Shown here: one piece after another, positions 45,812 through 57,300 of the stretch
Position numbering within the stretch: position 1 is the stretch's first letter
Layout of the letters: every line of letters begins with the position of its first letter
The notes under the pieces: generated by a model
The model's input: only the letters and a program-made list of their open reading frames with translations
What the model was told of the DNA's origin: nothing
The model's database searches: none
Program-made: the position numbers and the translations under genes
NCBI GenBank assembly: GCA_965223325.1
Contig: CBDCWI010000002.1
Span: 1,120,001 to 1,184,000, forward strand
Direction of reading: 5' to 3'
Source: Candidatus Multivoradales bacterium
GTDB taxonomy: Bacteria; Acidobacteriota; Thermoanaerobaculia; Multivoradales; Multivoraceae
DNA length: 64,000 nt

Positions 45812-46942
45812 TCAAACCAGTTCGTCGATGTATTTGTCGCGCGCCAGGCGCCAGAAGACCACCAGGAAGGCGGTCAACGGAATCGCGAGGACCATCCCCG
45901 AGATACCACCGAGTGCGGATCCCCAGAAGAATACCGCCACGATGATCGCCATGGGGTGCAGGCCGGTGCGGTCGCCCATGATCTTGGGTGTCAATAGATA
46001 ACCTTCGATCATCTGCACGATGGTGAACACCGCTAGCACGCCGCCAACCAACCACCAGCCGCCGCCGTCCTGGAAGAAGCCGAGCGGTAGCGCAATGCCC
46101 AGGCCGACGATGCTGCCGAGGTAGGGAATGATGTTCATGAAGCCGAGCGTCAGGCCCAGAACCAGCCCATAGCGCAGGCCCAACAAGCTGAAGCCGAGCG
46201 CAAACAGGCAGCCCTGCATGAAGGCCACGATGATCTGGCCGCGAAAGAAGGCGACCAGAATGTTGACGAACTCGGTCACCAGGTAGACGACGTCTTTGCG
46301 GGTCTCGGCCTTGAGAAACGGCAACAGACCGTCGAGGTGTTGGGGACGCATCAGGTCGGCCATCAGAAAGAACGCCAGGTAGACCGGCAGGACAGCCCAG
46401 GTGATGACGGTCCCGACCGTGCCAAACACGCGACCGACGATGCTGAAAGCCTGATTACCGACGTCGCCCAGGCTGCCGACGACCTTCTCGCGGTTCCCTT
46501 CGAAGGTGTCTTTGAGGACCTGACCCCAGGGGGATTCCTCGAAGAAGGCGAGAACCCTCGGCCAGCGTTCCTGGACGGCATTGCGCGCCGACTGCCACCA
46601 CTCCGGTGCGCGTTCGACGGCATCCGTGATCTGTTCGATGGCAATCGCACCGAAGAAGCCGAGGAACGCGAGAACCGGGAAAAGAATCGACAAGAAAACG
46701 CCCGCTAGCGCCAGCGGCTTCGGCACACGGCGTTCCAGCGCCTCATAGAAGGGCTTGAGGACCAACGCCATCACACCCGCTGTCGCCAGCGGCAGGAAAA
46801 CGTTCGAGAAACGAACGAAGAACAACCCGAGCAAGTAGAAGATCGCGGCAACGAAGCACACAATGACGAAGACAGCGATGATGGTCATCGCCGCCCCGAG
46901 GGTGGCCTTCTGACGATCACTCATTCCCAAGCCAAACGGCAT
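45812..46942 (-). CDS. AI-2E family transporter
   Basis: Multi-TM protein with NIIPYLG, IEGYLLTPKIMG..GLHP and LAIPL. Confidence 0.9.
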   Translation of the reverse strand: MPFGLGMSDRQKATLGAAMTIIAVFVIVCFVAAIFYLLGLFFVRFSNVFLPLATAGVMALVLKPFYEALERRVPKPLALAGVFLSILFPVLAFLGFFGAIAIEQITDAVERAPEWWQSARNAVQERWPRVLAFFEESPWGQVLKDTFEGNREKVVGSLGDVGNQAFSIVGRVFGTVGTVITWAVLPVYLAFFLMADLMRPQHLDGLLPFLKAETRKDVVYLVTEFVNILVAFFRGQIIVAFMQGCLFALGFSLLGLRYGLVLGLTLGFMNIIPYLGSIVGLGIALPLGFFQDGGGWWLVGGVLAVFTIVQMIEGYLLTPKIMGDRTGLHPMAIIVAVFFWGSALGGISGMVLAIPLTAFLVVFWRLARDKYIDELV

Positions 46943-47100
46943 ACTCAGTTTCCTCTCAGGGTCACCTGGAAGTCAGGCGGATGACGCGGCGGATACGATG
47001 ACCGAGCGTCACCCATTCGTTCCAAGACTAGCGCCCCGCGGCGAGAACGGAGCACCAACCAGCCACGAGAAGGTGCTCAGAAGACCGAAGAAGAGACTCC

Positions 47101-47916
47101 GTGCCGCTTCACCAACTCCTCCTCCTGGCCGCAGTCGGCGTCGTCGCTGGCACGCTGAACGTGCTCGCCGGCGGTGGTTCGCTGCTCACGCTGCCGGTTC
47201 TGGTGTTTTTCGGACTTCCCGCGGGCGTTGCCAACGGCACCAATCGCATCGGCATCCTGCTCCAGAACATCGTCGCCTCCTGGAGTTTCCGAAGAAGCAA
47301 CGTGCTGGTGGCAGGCGACGTCTGGTGGATGGTCGTTCCCGCGACGCTCGGCGCCGGCCTGGGAACTCTCCTGGCGCTCGAGATCGGCGATCAGGCACTG
47401 CTTCGCCTGCTGCCCTGGCTGATGGTGGGAGTCGTCATGGCCACCCTGCTCTGGGATCCGGCCAAGAAGAACACCAGGTCCACCGCAAAGGCTGGTCGCG
47501 AAGACCCCAGGGCTCTTGACGACACCGCGCATGCCGGGGTGACCGACAGCCAGGGTGGGGCGTCGCGCTTTGCCGTCGCGTTCGGCTTCTTCGTGGCGGG
47601 CGTCTACGGTGGCTTCATCCAGGCGGGCGTCGGCTTCCTGATCCTGGCGGTGATCTCACTGCTGGGTCTCGACCTGGTGCGCGGCAACGCCTTCAAGGTG
47701 GTGGTCGTCCTGGCGTTCACCTGCCTGTCGCTCTTCTTGTTCGCCGCCGACGGGCAGGTCCAGCTGGTCCCCGGTCTGGCGCTCGGCACCGGCACGATGC
47801 TCGGCGGCTTCCTGGGTGCTCGGCTGACGGTGCTCAAGGGGCACCGTTTCGTGCGGCTGGTGGTCGTTCTCACGGTGATCGCCTTTGCGGCTCGCCTGTG
47901 GTGGAGCGCACGTTGA
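47101..47916 (+). CDS. Sulfite exporter TauE/SafE family protein
   Basis: Motifs AGGGSLLTLP, ANGTNR and YGGFIQAGVG. Confidence 0.9.
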   Translation: MPLHQLLLLAAVGVVAGTLNVLAGGGSLLTLPVLVFFGLPAGVANGTNRIGILLQNIVASWSFRRSNVLVAGDVWWMVVPATLGAGLGTLLALEIGDQALLRLLPWLMVGVVMATLLWDPAKKNTRSTAKAGREDPRALDDTAHAGVTDSQGGASRFAVAFGFFVAGVYGGFIQAGVGFLILAVISLLGLDLVRGNAFKVVVVLAFTCLSLFLFAADGQVQLVPGLALGTGTMLGGFLGARLTVLKGHRFVRLVVVLTVIAFAARLWWSAR

Positions 47917-48488
47917 GCACCAGTGGCCGCGAAGACACTGCGCCAGTCGAAGACACTGCGCCAGTCGAAGACACCATGCACCACGAAGACACCGTGCACG
48001 ATGAAGACTCGGTGCTGCGCGCTGGGCAGCTCTCCGCCGGCTCACTCGAGGAGCTGTTCTCGGGCTACGGACTCCTGGTGCGCTGGGTAGCACCCGATGA
48101 GGACATCCCGGGCAGCTACTGGGGCGCTCCCGAGGCCGGCCTGCTCGGCAACGTCCTGTGGGTGCGCGCCGACACGCCGGTGCACTCCGCACTCCACGAA
48201 GGCTGCCACTGGATCTGCATGGATGAGCAAAGGCGACGCCATCTCGACACCGATGCCGGTGGAACGGAAATCGAGGAGTCCGGCGTCTGCTATCTGCAGA
48301 TCTTGCTTGCCGACTCTCTCGACGGCGTCGGCAGCGCGCGCCTGCAGGCCGATATGGACGCCTGGGGCTACAGTTTCCGGCTTGGCAGCACCCGCCGTTG
48401 GTTCCTGGAAGATGCCGAAGATGCGCGCCTTTGGCTCCATTTACGCGACCTCCTGCCTGGTGCACCACTTGTTGACGAAGATTCGTAG
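47913..48488 (+). CDS. Conserved hypothetical protein with HExxH motif
   Basis: Motifs IPGSYWG, HSALHEGCHW and MDAWGYSFRLG. TTG start overlaps the tauE stop; an alternative ATG lies inside the repeat. Confidence 0.7.
   Translation: MSTSGREDTAPVEDTAPVEDTMHHEDTVHDEDSVLRAGQLSAGSLEELFSGYGLLVRWVAPDEDIPGSYWGAPEAGLLGNVLWVRADTPVHSALHEGCHWICMDEQRRRHLDTDAGGTEIEESGVCYLQILLADSLDGVGSARLQADMDAWGYSFRLGSTRRWFLEDAEDARLWLHLRDLLPGAPLVDEDS
47931..48008 (+). repeat. 18 bp degenerate tandem repeat (about 4.3 copies; EDTAPV EDTAPV EDTMHH EDTVHD)
   Basis: gaagac recurs at 47931, 47949, 47967, 47985 and 48003; the first two units are identical. Confidence 0.9.
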
Positions 48489-48534
48489 ATCGACTTAAAC
48501 AGCTGTATGGCTATTTGCGGCTACCGCCTTTGAG

Positions 48535-48563
48535 TTGTCGGATCGTGCTGCATTCGATATAAA
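48535..48563 (+). promoter_or_regulatory. sigma70-type promoter for the GGDEF gene
   Basis: TTGTCG-N17-TATAAA in an AT-rich intergenic region. Confidence 0.5.
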
Positions 48564-48613
48564 GCTGGCTATTCCTTTTCTTCGTCCCCAAAGCCCTCAG
48601 GAGTCCGACTGCC

Positions 48614-49918
48614 GTGACGCCTCCCCCCGTCGACCGAGAATGGGTCGACGACCCAGCCCCCGTGGCCACCGTCACTGGCAGCCACGGCATCATCGCCGAC
48701 TCGGTGCCCGAGTTCGGCCAGGCGGCGGAGTACATCGTCAGGCGCTTCCTCGCACGCAAGGGCTTCGAGCGCGAGAAACAGCGCGAGCTGTCGGGCGCGG
48801 TTCGACTCGGTGCACAGAACCGCATTCCGTTGCTCGACAACGCGTCTCTCTTGCGGGTCATCGGCTTCACCCTCCTGGGACTGGGAATCGTGCCGGTGTT
48901 TCGCCTCTGGGCGCAACCAGCGGAGGTGGCACAGTCCCTGTGGCTGCCCGCGGCACTCCTCTTGACGGTCTATCCGCTCGTCGTCCTGGCCGTCACCCGG
49001 AGCTTGATCAACACGCCCGACGAGCGCGAACCTGTCTGGCTGCTGCTCTCAGATACCGCGATGGTCACTCTCGCCATTCACATGCTCGGCGGGCCGACCG
49101 GCGGTCTGTTCTGGCTAGGACTTGTGCTGGTGGCGACCCAGGTCGGCATGTCGTGGCGACGGACCGCAATTGCAGCCGCCCTGGTTCTGTCGGCCCACCT
49201 CGGGCTCACTGTTTGGGGAAGTCCTGCGCCAGCCGACGCGCAAGAAGTCGCCTGGCGTGCGCTGATCATTGCCTTCGGCGGCCTCTACCTCACCGCCGGC
49301 AGCGCGATCGTCGACCGACGCCGACGGGCCGGCGACGCGGCGATCGAAATCGCCCGGCTGACGATCGCCGACCTCGAACGTGAGTCCGTCGAACTACGCG
49401 AAGCTCGTGAGCGCTGGCGCAACGAAGCGCTGCACGATCCGCTCACCGGGCTGCTCAATCGCAAGGGCATTCTCGACCGGGTCGACCGCGGACTGCGGCG
49501 GGCAGTTTCGAGTGGCATCCCGTTCGCTATCGCCGCGATCGACATCGACGGTTTCAAGCTCGTCAACGATCGCTTCGGCCATCTCGCTGGCGACGATGCA
49601 CTGCGCGGCGTCGCGCGCGCCATCCTCGGCACCGCACGACCGTTCGATGCCGTCGGACGGCTAGGCGGCGATGAGTTGTTGATCGCCCTCCCCAACTGCG
49701 ACGGCGAAGGCGCTGCGGCGCTTGCCGAACGGCTGGGGCAGTCGGTGCGCGCGCTCGGCGTGGCAGCGCGAGGTCCGGCTTCGATCACTCTCAGCATCGG
49801 GGTCAGCGAGGTACGCCCCGACGACAGCGGCGCCATCGATCAGCTGCTCGACCGAGCGGACCGGGCGCTCTACGAAGCCAAGAACGCCGGCGGCGACTGC
49901 GTTCGCTCGGCACCCTGA
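48614..49918 (+). CDS. Membrane-bound diguanylate cyclase
   Basis: About 5-6 TM helices, DPLTGLLNR, DIDGFKLVND, I-site RPFD and active site GGDEL. Confidence 0.88.
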   Translation: MTPPPVDREWVDDPAPVATVTGSHGIIADSVPEFGQAAEYIVRRFLARKGFEREKQRELSGAVRLGAQNRIPLLDNASLLRVIGFTLLGLGIVPVFRLWAQPAEVAQSLWLPAALLLTVYPLVVLAVTRSLINTPDEREPVWLLLSDTAMVTLAIHMLGGPTGGLFWLGLVLVATQVGMSWRRTAIAAALVLSAHLGLTVWGSPAPADAQEVAWRALIIAFGGLYLTAGSAIVDRRRRAGDAAIEIARLTIADLERESVELREARERWRNEALHDPLTGLLNRKGILDRVDRGLRRAVSSGIPFAIAAIDIDGFKLVNDRFGHLAGDDALRGVARAILGTARPFDAVGRLGGDELLIALPNCDGEGAAALAERLGQSVRALGVAARGPASITLSIGVSEVRPDDSGAIDQLLDRADRALYEAKNAGGDCVRSAP

Positions 49919-49953
49919 GGGCCCCCTTCGCGGCCCTCCTGTAGGCTGCGGTC

Positions 49954-50646
49954 ATGAAACCTTTCTCTGCTCGGTTGGCGATCGCGATCGCCTCACTCGG
50001 TGTGCTCGGCCTCCTGCTGGCGTTGCTCGGCGCCGCCACCGGAGTGCTGGCGCCCTTCGCAGCCTTTGGCCTGTTCTTCATGTCCTTGCTCCTCGGCCTG
50101 CCGGCCATCCTGGTCGGTCTGTTCGCCCTGTGGCGCTCGCGTCACCTCGAAAGCCCCGCTCGCGGTCGCGCCTTCCTTGCCATCGGCATGGGTCTGGCAC
50201 TCCTGGCAGCGATGATGGTGCTCGCCGCTCCGGCCGGCGAGTGGCCACCGATCCACGACATCACCACCAGCCCAGACCGCCCGCCGGTTTTCCAATCGGC
50301 AGCGCACGGTCCATGGCCTGTGGACGGCGAAGAGGCCAGGAAGCTCCACCTCGAGAACTACAAGCTAGCCCCGATCGACCTCTCCGTCGCACCCGACGCG
50401 GCGGTCGAGAGAGCCGTCAAAGCAGCCGAGTCCCTCGGCTGGACGGTCGTCGACCGCGGCGCCCTGCGGCTCGAAGCCCACGACACCAGCCGCGCCTTCC
50501 GCTTCGTCGACGACGTCGTGGTTGAGTTCGAACCGACGAGCGCGGGCACCCGCCTGCACGTACGCTCGACCTCTCGCGTAGGGCAGAGCGACCTCGGCGC
50601 CAACGCCGCACGCATCCGCCGGTTCGAAGCGGCGCTCAAGTCATGA
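49954..50646 (+). CDS. DUF1499 domain membrane protein
   Basis: Motifs PPIHDITT, FRFVDDVVV and RSTSRVGQSDLGANAARI. Confidence 0.88.
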   Translation: MKPFSARLAIAIASLGVLGLLLALLGAATGVLAPFAAFGLFFMSLLLGLPAILVGLFALWRSRHLESPARGRAFLAIGMGLALLAAMMVLAAPAGEWPPIHDITTSPDRPPVFQSAAHGPWPVDGEEARKLHLENYKLAPIDLSVAPDAAVERAVKAAESLGWTVVDRGALRLEAHDTSRAFRFVDDVVVEFEPTSAGTRLHVRSTSRVGQSDLGANAARIRRFEAALKS

Positions 50647-50674
50647 ACGGTGAGCTAGGGCCTCAAACACTCTT

Positions 50675-53600
50675 CTAGACATAGAGCAGCACTCCGCGGA
50701 CCTGCTCCCCCGTCATGCGCTCGAGGGCATAGACGTACCACCCGAGTTGCCGACGGTAGGTGAGGGTGCGCTCCTCTGAAGCGACTGGATCGCGGTCGGT
50801 CTTGAAGTCGACCACTGTCCAACCTGATTCGTCCCGGTAGCAGAGGTCGATGGTGCCTTCGAGCAGCCGATGCTCATCGAGGTAATGGTGAAACGGCACC
50901 TCGCGACGCATCTCCTTCGCCTGGCGTGCTGCCTCGAGGAGGGCGTGAGCGAGCGCCCGCCGGACCGCATCGGCTGCCAGCTCGACATCGTCCTCGGAGG
51001 CCCCCAGGAGACGCGCGCGTAGCCGGGTCGCCTGGATGACAGTCGCCTGATCGGAGGCCAGATCGATATCGGCGAGTACTGCGTGCACCAGGCTTCCGAA
51101 CGCCTTTCCACCGGCTGCCCGCACACCTTGTGACGATCCGTCCGGCAAGTCCACCCGCACGATCTCGATCACCGGCGGGCCTGGGGGTTCATCGTCGAGC
51201 TCGGTGACCACCTCGATGCGGTGCGATGGAGTCACACCGGTCGCTCGAGCTCGGGCAAGCTCGCTCTGCCACTGCTCGAAGGCACAGACGCCGGAGGCTG
51301 CGATTCCTTCGTCGTCTTCGACCAGCAGGCTCTCCTGGCGCAGGCCATAGTCGGGTGGCGGAACCTGGGCGAGCGCTGCGGGGTCCCACCACACGACGTC
51401 CCACGACGGCGCTTCGTCGGCGTCGTGTTGACGGTCTCCCGAAAGGCGATAGAGACCCGGGCGAACCGACTCCTCGGCGCGGCCGTCGTACTCCTGCGGC
51501 CGTGCCAGCACGCTCGCCTCTCCAAACGGCGGACAACCAAGGTGCTCGGCGGAGCGACCGTCGCGCCACGAGCCCTTCGGCGGGTAGACCGCGTGATTGA
51601 GCGGCTCAACCCAACCGGGGCGTAGAACGTCGCCCACCGCTGGCACGACGAGCATGTCGCGCGCGCGCGTCGCTGCGACGTAGGCGACTCGTAGACCCTC
51701 GGCGCGCTCGCGTGCCAGCTCGATGTCGCGGTTCTCGAGCAACTCGATCGGCGTCAATCCGAGGAGTCGTTGCACCGCTGTCTGGTTGCGGTTGTCGATC
51801 GTCCGTGCCGGTTGGCGGGCGGTGAGCTTGGCAGTCATGTCGGCGAGAAGGACAATCGGGAATTCGAGCCCCTTCGCGGTGTGGACCGTCATCAGGCGCA
51901 CGCCTTCTGCCTCGGGCTCGATCAGCGGTGACTCGGAAGCGTTTCGGCGCTCGGCCTCGCGGTCCAGGGTCTCGACGAACCCCCGAAACGACCGCCCGCC
52001 GCCCGCTTCGTAGCGCCGCGCGAGGTCGAGCACCCGGCCGACGTTGGCAAGTACCTGCTGCCCCGCCGGCCGCAGGGCGAAGGCAGCATGGGCGCGGGTC
52101 GCACTCAAGAGCGCCTGCAGCGTCTCGACGATCGCTCGACGATTGCGCTGCCGATGCAACGTACCGAGCAGGAGTAGCGCGTCATGAAGCGGCAACAGGT
52201 CAGGGTCGAGGGTGTTGTCGGCATCGATCTGAAGCGCATAGAGCGGATGCAGGCGACGGGTCGTTTTCCCTCGGGCACAGCCTGGCGGAATCGCAACAGT
52301 TCGTCATCGGTGATGCCAAAGAGAGCACCTCGTAGGGTGGCGTACACCGACAGCTCGTCGTCGGGCCACTCGATGGCAGAAAGCGCCGCGCGTAGCGTCT
52401 CGACCTCTTCGCGCTCGAAGAAGCTGCGCGACCCCACCAGTAGATGCGGAATACTGAGCCGGTCGAAAGCACGCACATAGGGCCGCACGACGTCGTTACC
52501 CCAGGAGACGAAGCGGCGAAACAACAGGCAGATGTGGCGCGGTTCGATATCGATCACCCCGCGCCGCGGGTCGCGCACCTTGAAGGCCGTCGCACCGCTG
52601 TCATCGCGTTCGAGCAACCAGGCAACGAAAGCGGCGGTGGTCTCGGGGTAGCAGTCGTTGATCGCGCTCTCGGCGATTCTCCTGACACCGTAGGGTCGCG
52701 GCGCAGGCAAGACGATCACCGAGGGTTGGTCCGCAATTGCCGGCCGCGATTCATGCAGCGGAACATAGGCGGGGTTGCCGATGTCCTGCGAGCCGTCCAT
52801 GACCTCCGCAAAGGCGTGATTGATGACCCGCTGAATGTCGGGCACTGACCGGAAGCTCTGGGTCAGATGCAGAACGGCAACGCCGGCCTCGCGAAGGTCG
52901 CGCTCGATCTCCTGATAGAGCCGCACGTCGGCACGCCGGAAGCGATAGATCGACTGCTTCGGATCACCAACCAGAAACAACTTGCCGGGCGCGGGCTTGA
53001 CCTGGCGCCAATCCGGGGGCTCGGCCTCGGCCGCTTCTCCAGTAGCCAGCGCTTCTTCTTCACCCGCGAGCAGGAACAGAATCTCGGCCTGCAGGGGGTC
53101 GGTGTCCTGAAACTCGTCAACGAAAATATGGGTGATGCGGCGTTGCAAATGGCGGCGCACATCGGCACGGTCACGCACCAGGTCACGCGTCAGGATGAGA
53201 AGGTCCTGGAAGTCGAGCCGACCCGAGCGCCGCTTGACCCCGTCGTAGTTGGCGACGACTGGCCAGAGATCGGCACGCAACGCGACCGCGAGATCCGCAT
53301 CGACACAGTCGCGAAAGCGCTCGAGTGCTTCGATCAAACCGTCTTTGAGCTCGATGACCTGCTGGCGAGCGATTCCCTCTGCCAGCGGTCCACTGCCTTT
53401 GCGGGGGCGATTCCAACCGCTCAGATCGCGGCAGAGTGCGACCAGCCGCGCCTCGAGCGCGTCGTCGTCCCGCGGTGATTCCTGGTCGGAGGGGTGGTGC
53501 AGAGAAGGGCGCCGAATCCAGTTCGCCAGGAGTGTCACCGGCTGAAGATCCGAAACCAGAATGTCGCGCCGCGGCGCGGGTTCGATCAGGTCGGCCAAAC

Positions 53601-54366
53601 GCAGGACCCGCTCTAGCAGCTTGTCGATCGCCCAGGCGCGTTCGAACGGCTCCCGGCGCCAGTCGCCCGGGTAGTCGCGCCACTCGACGAGGTTCCAGGC
53701 GGCGTCCCGCAGGCGCTCGAGCGGCGCGCCGAAGCGTGAGCCACCTTCCAAGGTCAAGCGCTCGAGGGCCCGCCGCACACCTTCGGGGAGATCGACGAGT
53801 CGCTCTGGAATGAACTCGTCGAAAGCGCGCGCGAAGAGCTCTCGGTCTTCGCCGTCGGCCACTTCGCGAAAGGCCGGGTCGATCCCCGCCTCGATCGGCC
53901 GCTCGCGCAGAATCTCGGCACAGAACGAGTGAATGGTTCCGATGCGCGCTTCCTCGAGGTGGGCCGTCGCCTCTTCGAGCCGGCGCGATTCGTCGGGGTC
54001 GGTACTCGCCAGGCGCTCCTGCTCCAGGCGCTCGCGAAGCCTCAGCTTGAGCTCGCCTGCGGCCTTGCGGGTAAACGTCACCGCCACCACAGACGCCGTG
54101 GTTGCACCGCGACTGCCGGTCGCCAGCACACGCACCAGCCGTTCGACGAGTACCGTGGTCTTTCCGGTTCCAGCAGCGGCTTCGACCAGCAGGCTCTCGT
54201 CGAGAGAGTTGCTGATGCGATCACGCACACCCTGGTCGACGGCATCGCCGCGCGGCGAATCAGCTCCCCCCGACGGAGCACTCTCACCACTGGCTGACCC
54301 AGCCTCTTTCGTAGAACCTTCTTCTGAGGGCCGACCGTTGAACGGCACAACGTTGTCTTCGCTCAC
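50675..54366 (-). pseudogene. addA: AddA helicase-nuclease, split by a -1 frameshift near 52264-52270 (sequencing error, pseudogene or recoding)
   Basis: The 5' ORF carries AAAGTGKTT, TFTRKAA, DEFQD and GDPKQSIYRFR. The 3' ORF carries TVHTAKGLEFP, YVAATRAR and the PD-(D/E)xK motif (IDL...DFKTD). GTG start at 54366 overlaps the addB stop. Confidence 0.85.
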
Positions 54367-57300
54367 CGAAGCCTCCGCAGCTCGACCAGGGGAAGTAACT
54401 CGTCGCGACGCTTCTTGGCGATCCTGGTTTCCTCGTAGGGACCGCACACCGGTCGATAGTCGCACCATCGACAGGCACCTTCGTCGGGTGCGGCCGGCAG
54501 GAACCCTTCGGCGATCGCGTCATCCACCGTCGCGGTGACCTTCTCGAAGCTCGACCGCGCACGCTCGTCGAGCGGCACCTCGACGACTTCGTAGCCACCG
54601 CGCTGGGTGCAGTAGAAAAGCCGTCCACTGTCGACCTGGCGCGGTGCCTCATCGCCAGCGGTTCGAGCGAGCATTGCCTCTGCCGCGAGGCCGTAGACCA
54701 CCGGCTGCAGCACCCGGCCGCCGGCGACACGCAGATCGCCGCTACGAATCGGAACCCACCGCCCCCGCGCCTGGACCCTGGTGACCCTACCGGTCTTGTA
54801 GTCGGTCACCCGGAACCTCTGGCCGCCAGCCTGGCGCTCGACCAGATCAATCGACCCGCGCACATTGACACCACTCGCGAGCTTCACCGGTTCCGGCTGA
54901 CTCGCTGGATCACGACCGTCGGCACCCGGCTCGAGAGGTCCGAGGCCGAAGGCGAGCTCGGCATAGGCCGGTTGCCAACGCCAGTCCTCGCCTTCCCAAT
55001 AACGCACGAAGCCGTGCAGGTCGCTGCGCAGGCTCTCGACCTCGGTGCGCCAGACACGCGGAATCGCCGGATGGAGCGTTTCTTCGTACTCGGCGGCAGT
55101 TTCGTCGAGAACCGCATCCACCCTGGCCATGACCTCGTCGAGGTTGTCGGTGCGCACCGGCAAGAGCTCACTCGCCTCGAGTTCTCGAAAGAGCTTGAAC
55201 TGAACATCGTGAAACAGACTGCCGCGGGTCAGCGGGTCGACCGCCTCGAGAGTCTCGATCTCGTCACGCGGTCGCAGACGTTGGATCGCCTGAAGGAAAA
55301 AGCGGTACGGGCAGGCGGCAAAGTGCTGCAGGGCCGTCGGCGAAACCGAACGCTCGCTCAAACGGTGGCCCGCGAGTACGACAGCAGCAGCCGCGCCCGG
55401 TTCGACCAGGCCGTCGGAGGGAAACCAACCTCTCCGCCAGCGCCCGGCACGCGCTCGCAGAGAGCGCGCCAGCCAGCGGTTCGAGGAAAGCAGAAACCGC
55501 CCGGCGCCGCGGGTCTGTTCGCGGCGCGCCGCGCGGTCTTCTCCGCGCGCCAATGGGCGCAGCAGGGGTCGCAAGAGGGCCAGGTCGTACTCGACCTCGT
55601 CAATCGCCGAACGAGGATCTTCCGGGGCCGGCCAACCGGCGCCGCGCGCCGACGCCTCGGCAGCGTCACGCGCCAGCGCGTCGAGCTTGGGCAAGAGACC
55701 GTCGGCGGCACGCAAGAGATCAAGGGCGTAGAAAGAAGGCACACGCTCGCGTCCCTCGGCCGCATCGACGCGTGGATACGAGACCACCAGCTGCTGCTCG
55801 GCCGCCCCGACCGCGAGGTGCAGGAGTTGGCGCTCGGCCTGGATGCGATCCTCCTGGAGCTCGAGTCGGATGCCGTCTTCCTCTAATCGGCGACGTTGCT
55901 GATCGAGCAGCAACGGATCTTCGAGCGCACGGCGCGGAAACACGCCCTCGGCGAGACCGGGGAGAAAGACCGTTTCAAAAGAGCGCGCCGCGGCATCTTC
56001 GATCGACCCGACGTACAGCCGACCGAAACGTCTCCTCGGCGGCTCGGCGCGCAGTTCGGTCAGTCGATCACCAAGCGTCTGACGAACCTGTTCGAGAGAG
56101 ACCGGACGAACCTCGGACATCGGCGCCAGGTCCTTGAGCAGCGCTAGAACCGAACGTGGAAACCGCAACGCAGCGACCGCCAGGTCCTCGAGTGCCGACA
56201 GCCACTCTCCCCAACTTCCACCTTCGGGTAGCCCCTCGAGCCGGCCGATGAGTGGCAGCGCGAAGCGCGCCAGGTCGAGCAGTCGCTGGCGCTCGCGGCG
56301 GAGCGCCGCGGCGCGAAGTTCGTTCTCCTCCTCCACCAGGCGCGCCCGACGTTCCAGTTCGGCAGCGCGACCGGTGAGACGGCGCCGCCAGCGATCTGAC
56401 CCGCCAACGACTGAAGCGTCGACCAGCGCCTTCTCCCAGAAGAGCGGCGCCACCAGAGTGCCTGCACGCGCCGGCGAGTCGGCGGCCAGTTCCTCGGCCA
56501 ACAACTCCTCGTCGAGGTGCTCGAGGGCCTCGCCGCCAGCCACCGGTGCTTCGTCTTCGCTGTCGGCAAACAGCACCAGCTGCTCGGAAACTGGCGCGAC
56601 AAACGGCACCTTCGGAGCCTCTTCGGGGCGACCGTCTTCGAGCTGCGGAACCTGACCGAGCGAGAGGTACTCGGCAAAGCGAGTCGCAGTCAGCCCCTCG
56701 CTCGCACAGGCGAGAAGCGCCAGCAGAGCGCGGCCGGCTGGATCGGGGCGGCGGGTGCCGCGGCTCCAGTACGCCGGCAGCTGGGCCCGCCTGAAGGCAT
56801 CTTCGAGGTGCGGGCGGTACGCCCCCGGCTGGCGCAGGAGAATCGCCATGCGATCGAAGGGGGTTCCCGCTGCGGCGAGCTGCTGGACCCTCCTGACGAT
56901 CTCGACACACTCGGCACCTTCCCCGGGCGCCGAGAAGAACACCAGCGTGTCGTCCGGAGCGCTGGCTTCTTCGCTAGCCACCGCACTCGAAAGAGGTACA
57001 AAGACGTCGTCCTGGACACGTTGCAGGCGGCTCTCTGGTGGAACGCCTGAGGCGTCGCTCGAGCCTTCGCCGGTCAACCCTAGAGGGTCGAATTCGTCGA
57101 GACCGAGGCTTGTGAGGACCTCGCGCTGGCTGCCGTAGGGCGGTAGAGCGGAGAGCGCCGCCCGCCGACCAATCACGAGGGCGGCGAGAAGCTGGCGTTC
57201 GAGGCGACCGTTGGGGGCGGCGTCGAGCCAGATCAGCGGGCAGTGCGCGAGGTCTCCCGTCGAGAGAGCGCCGGCCCCGGCCTGGCCCTTGGCGGCAGCG

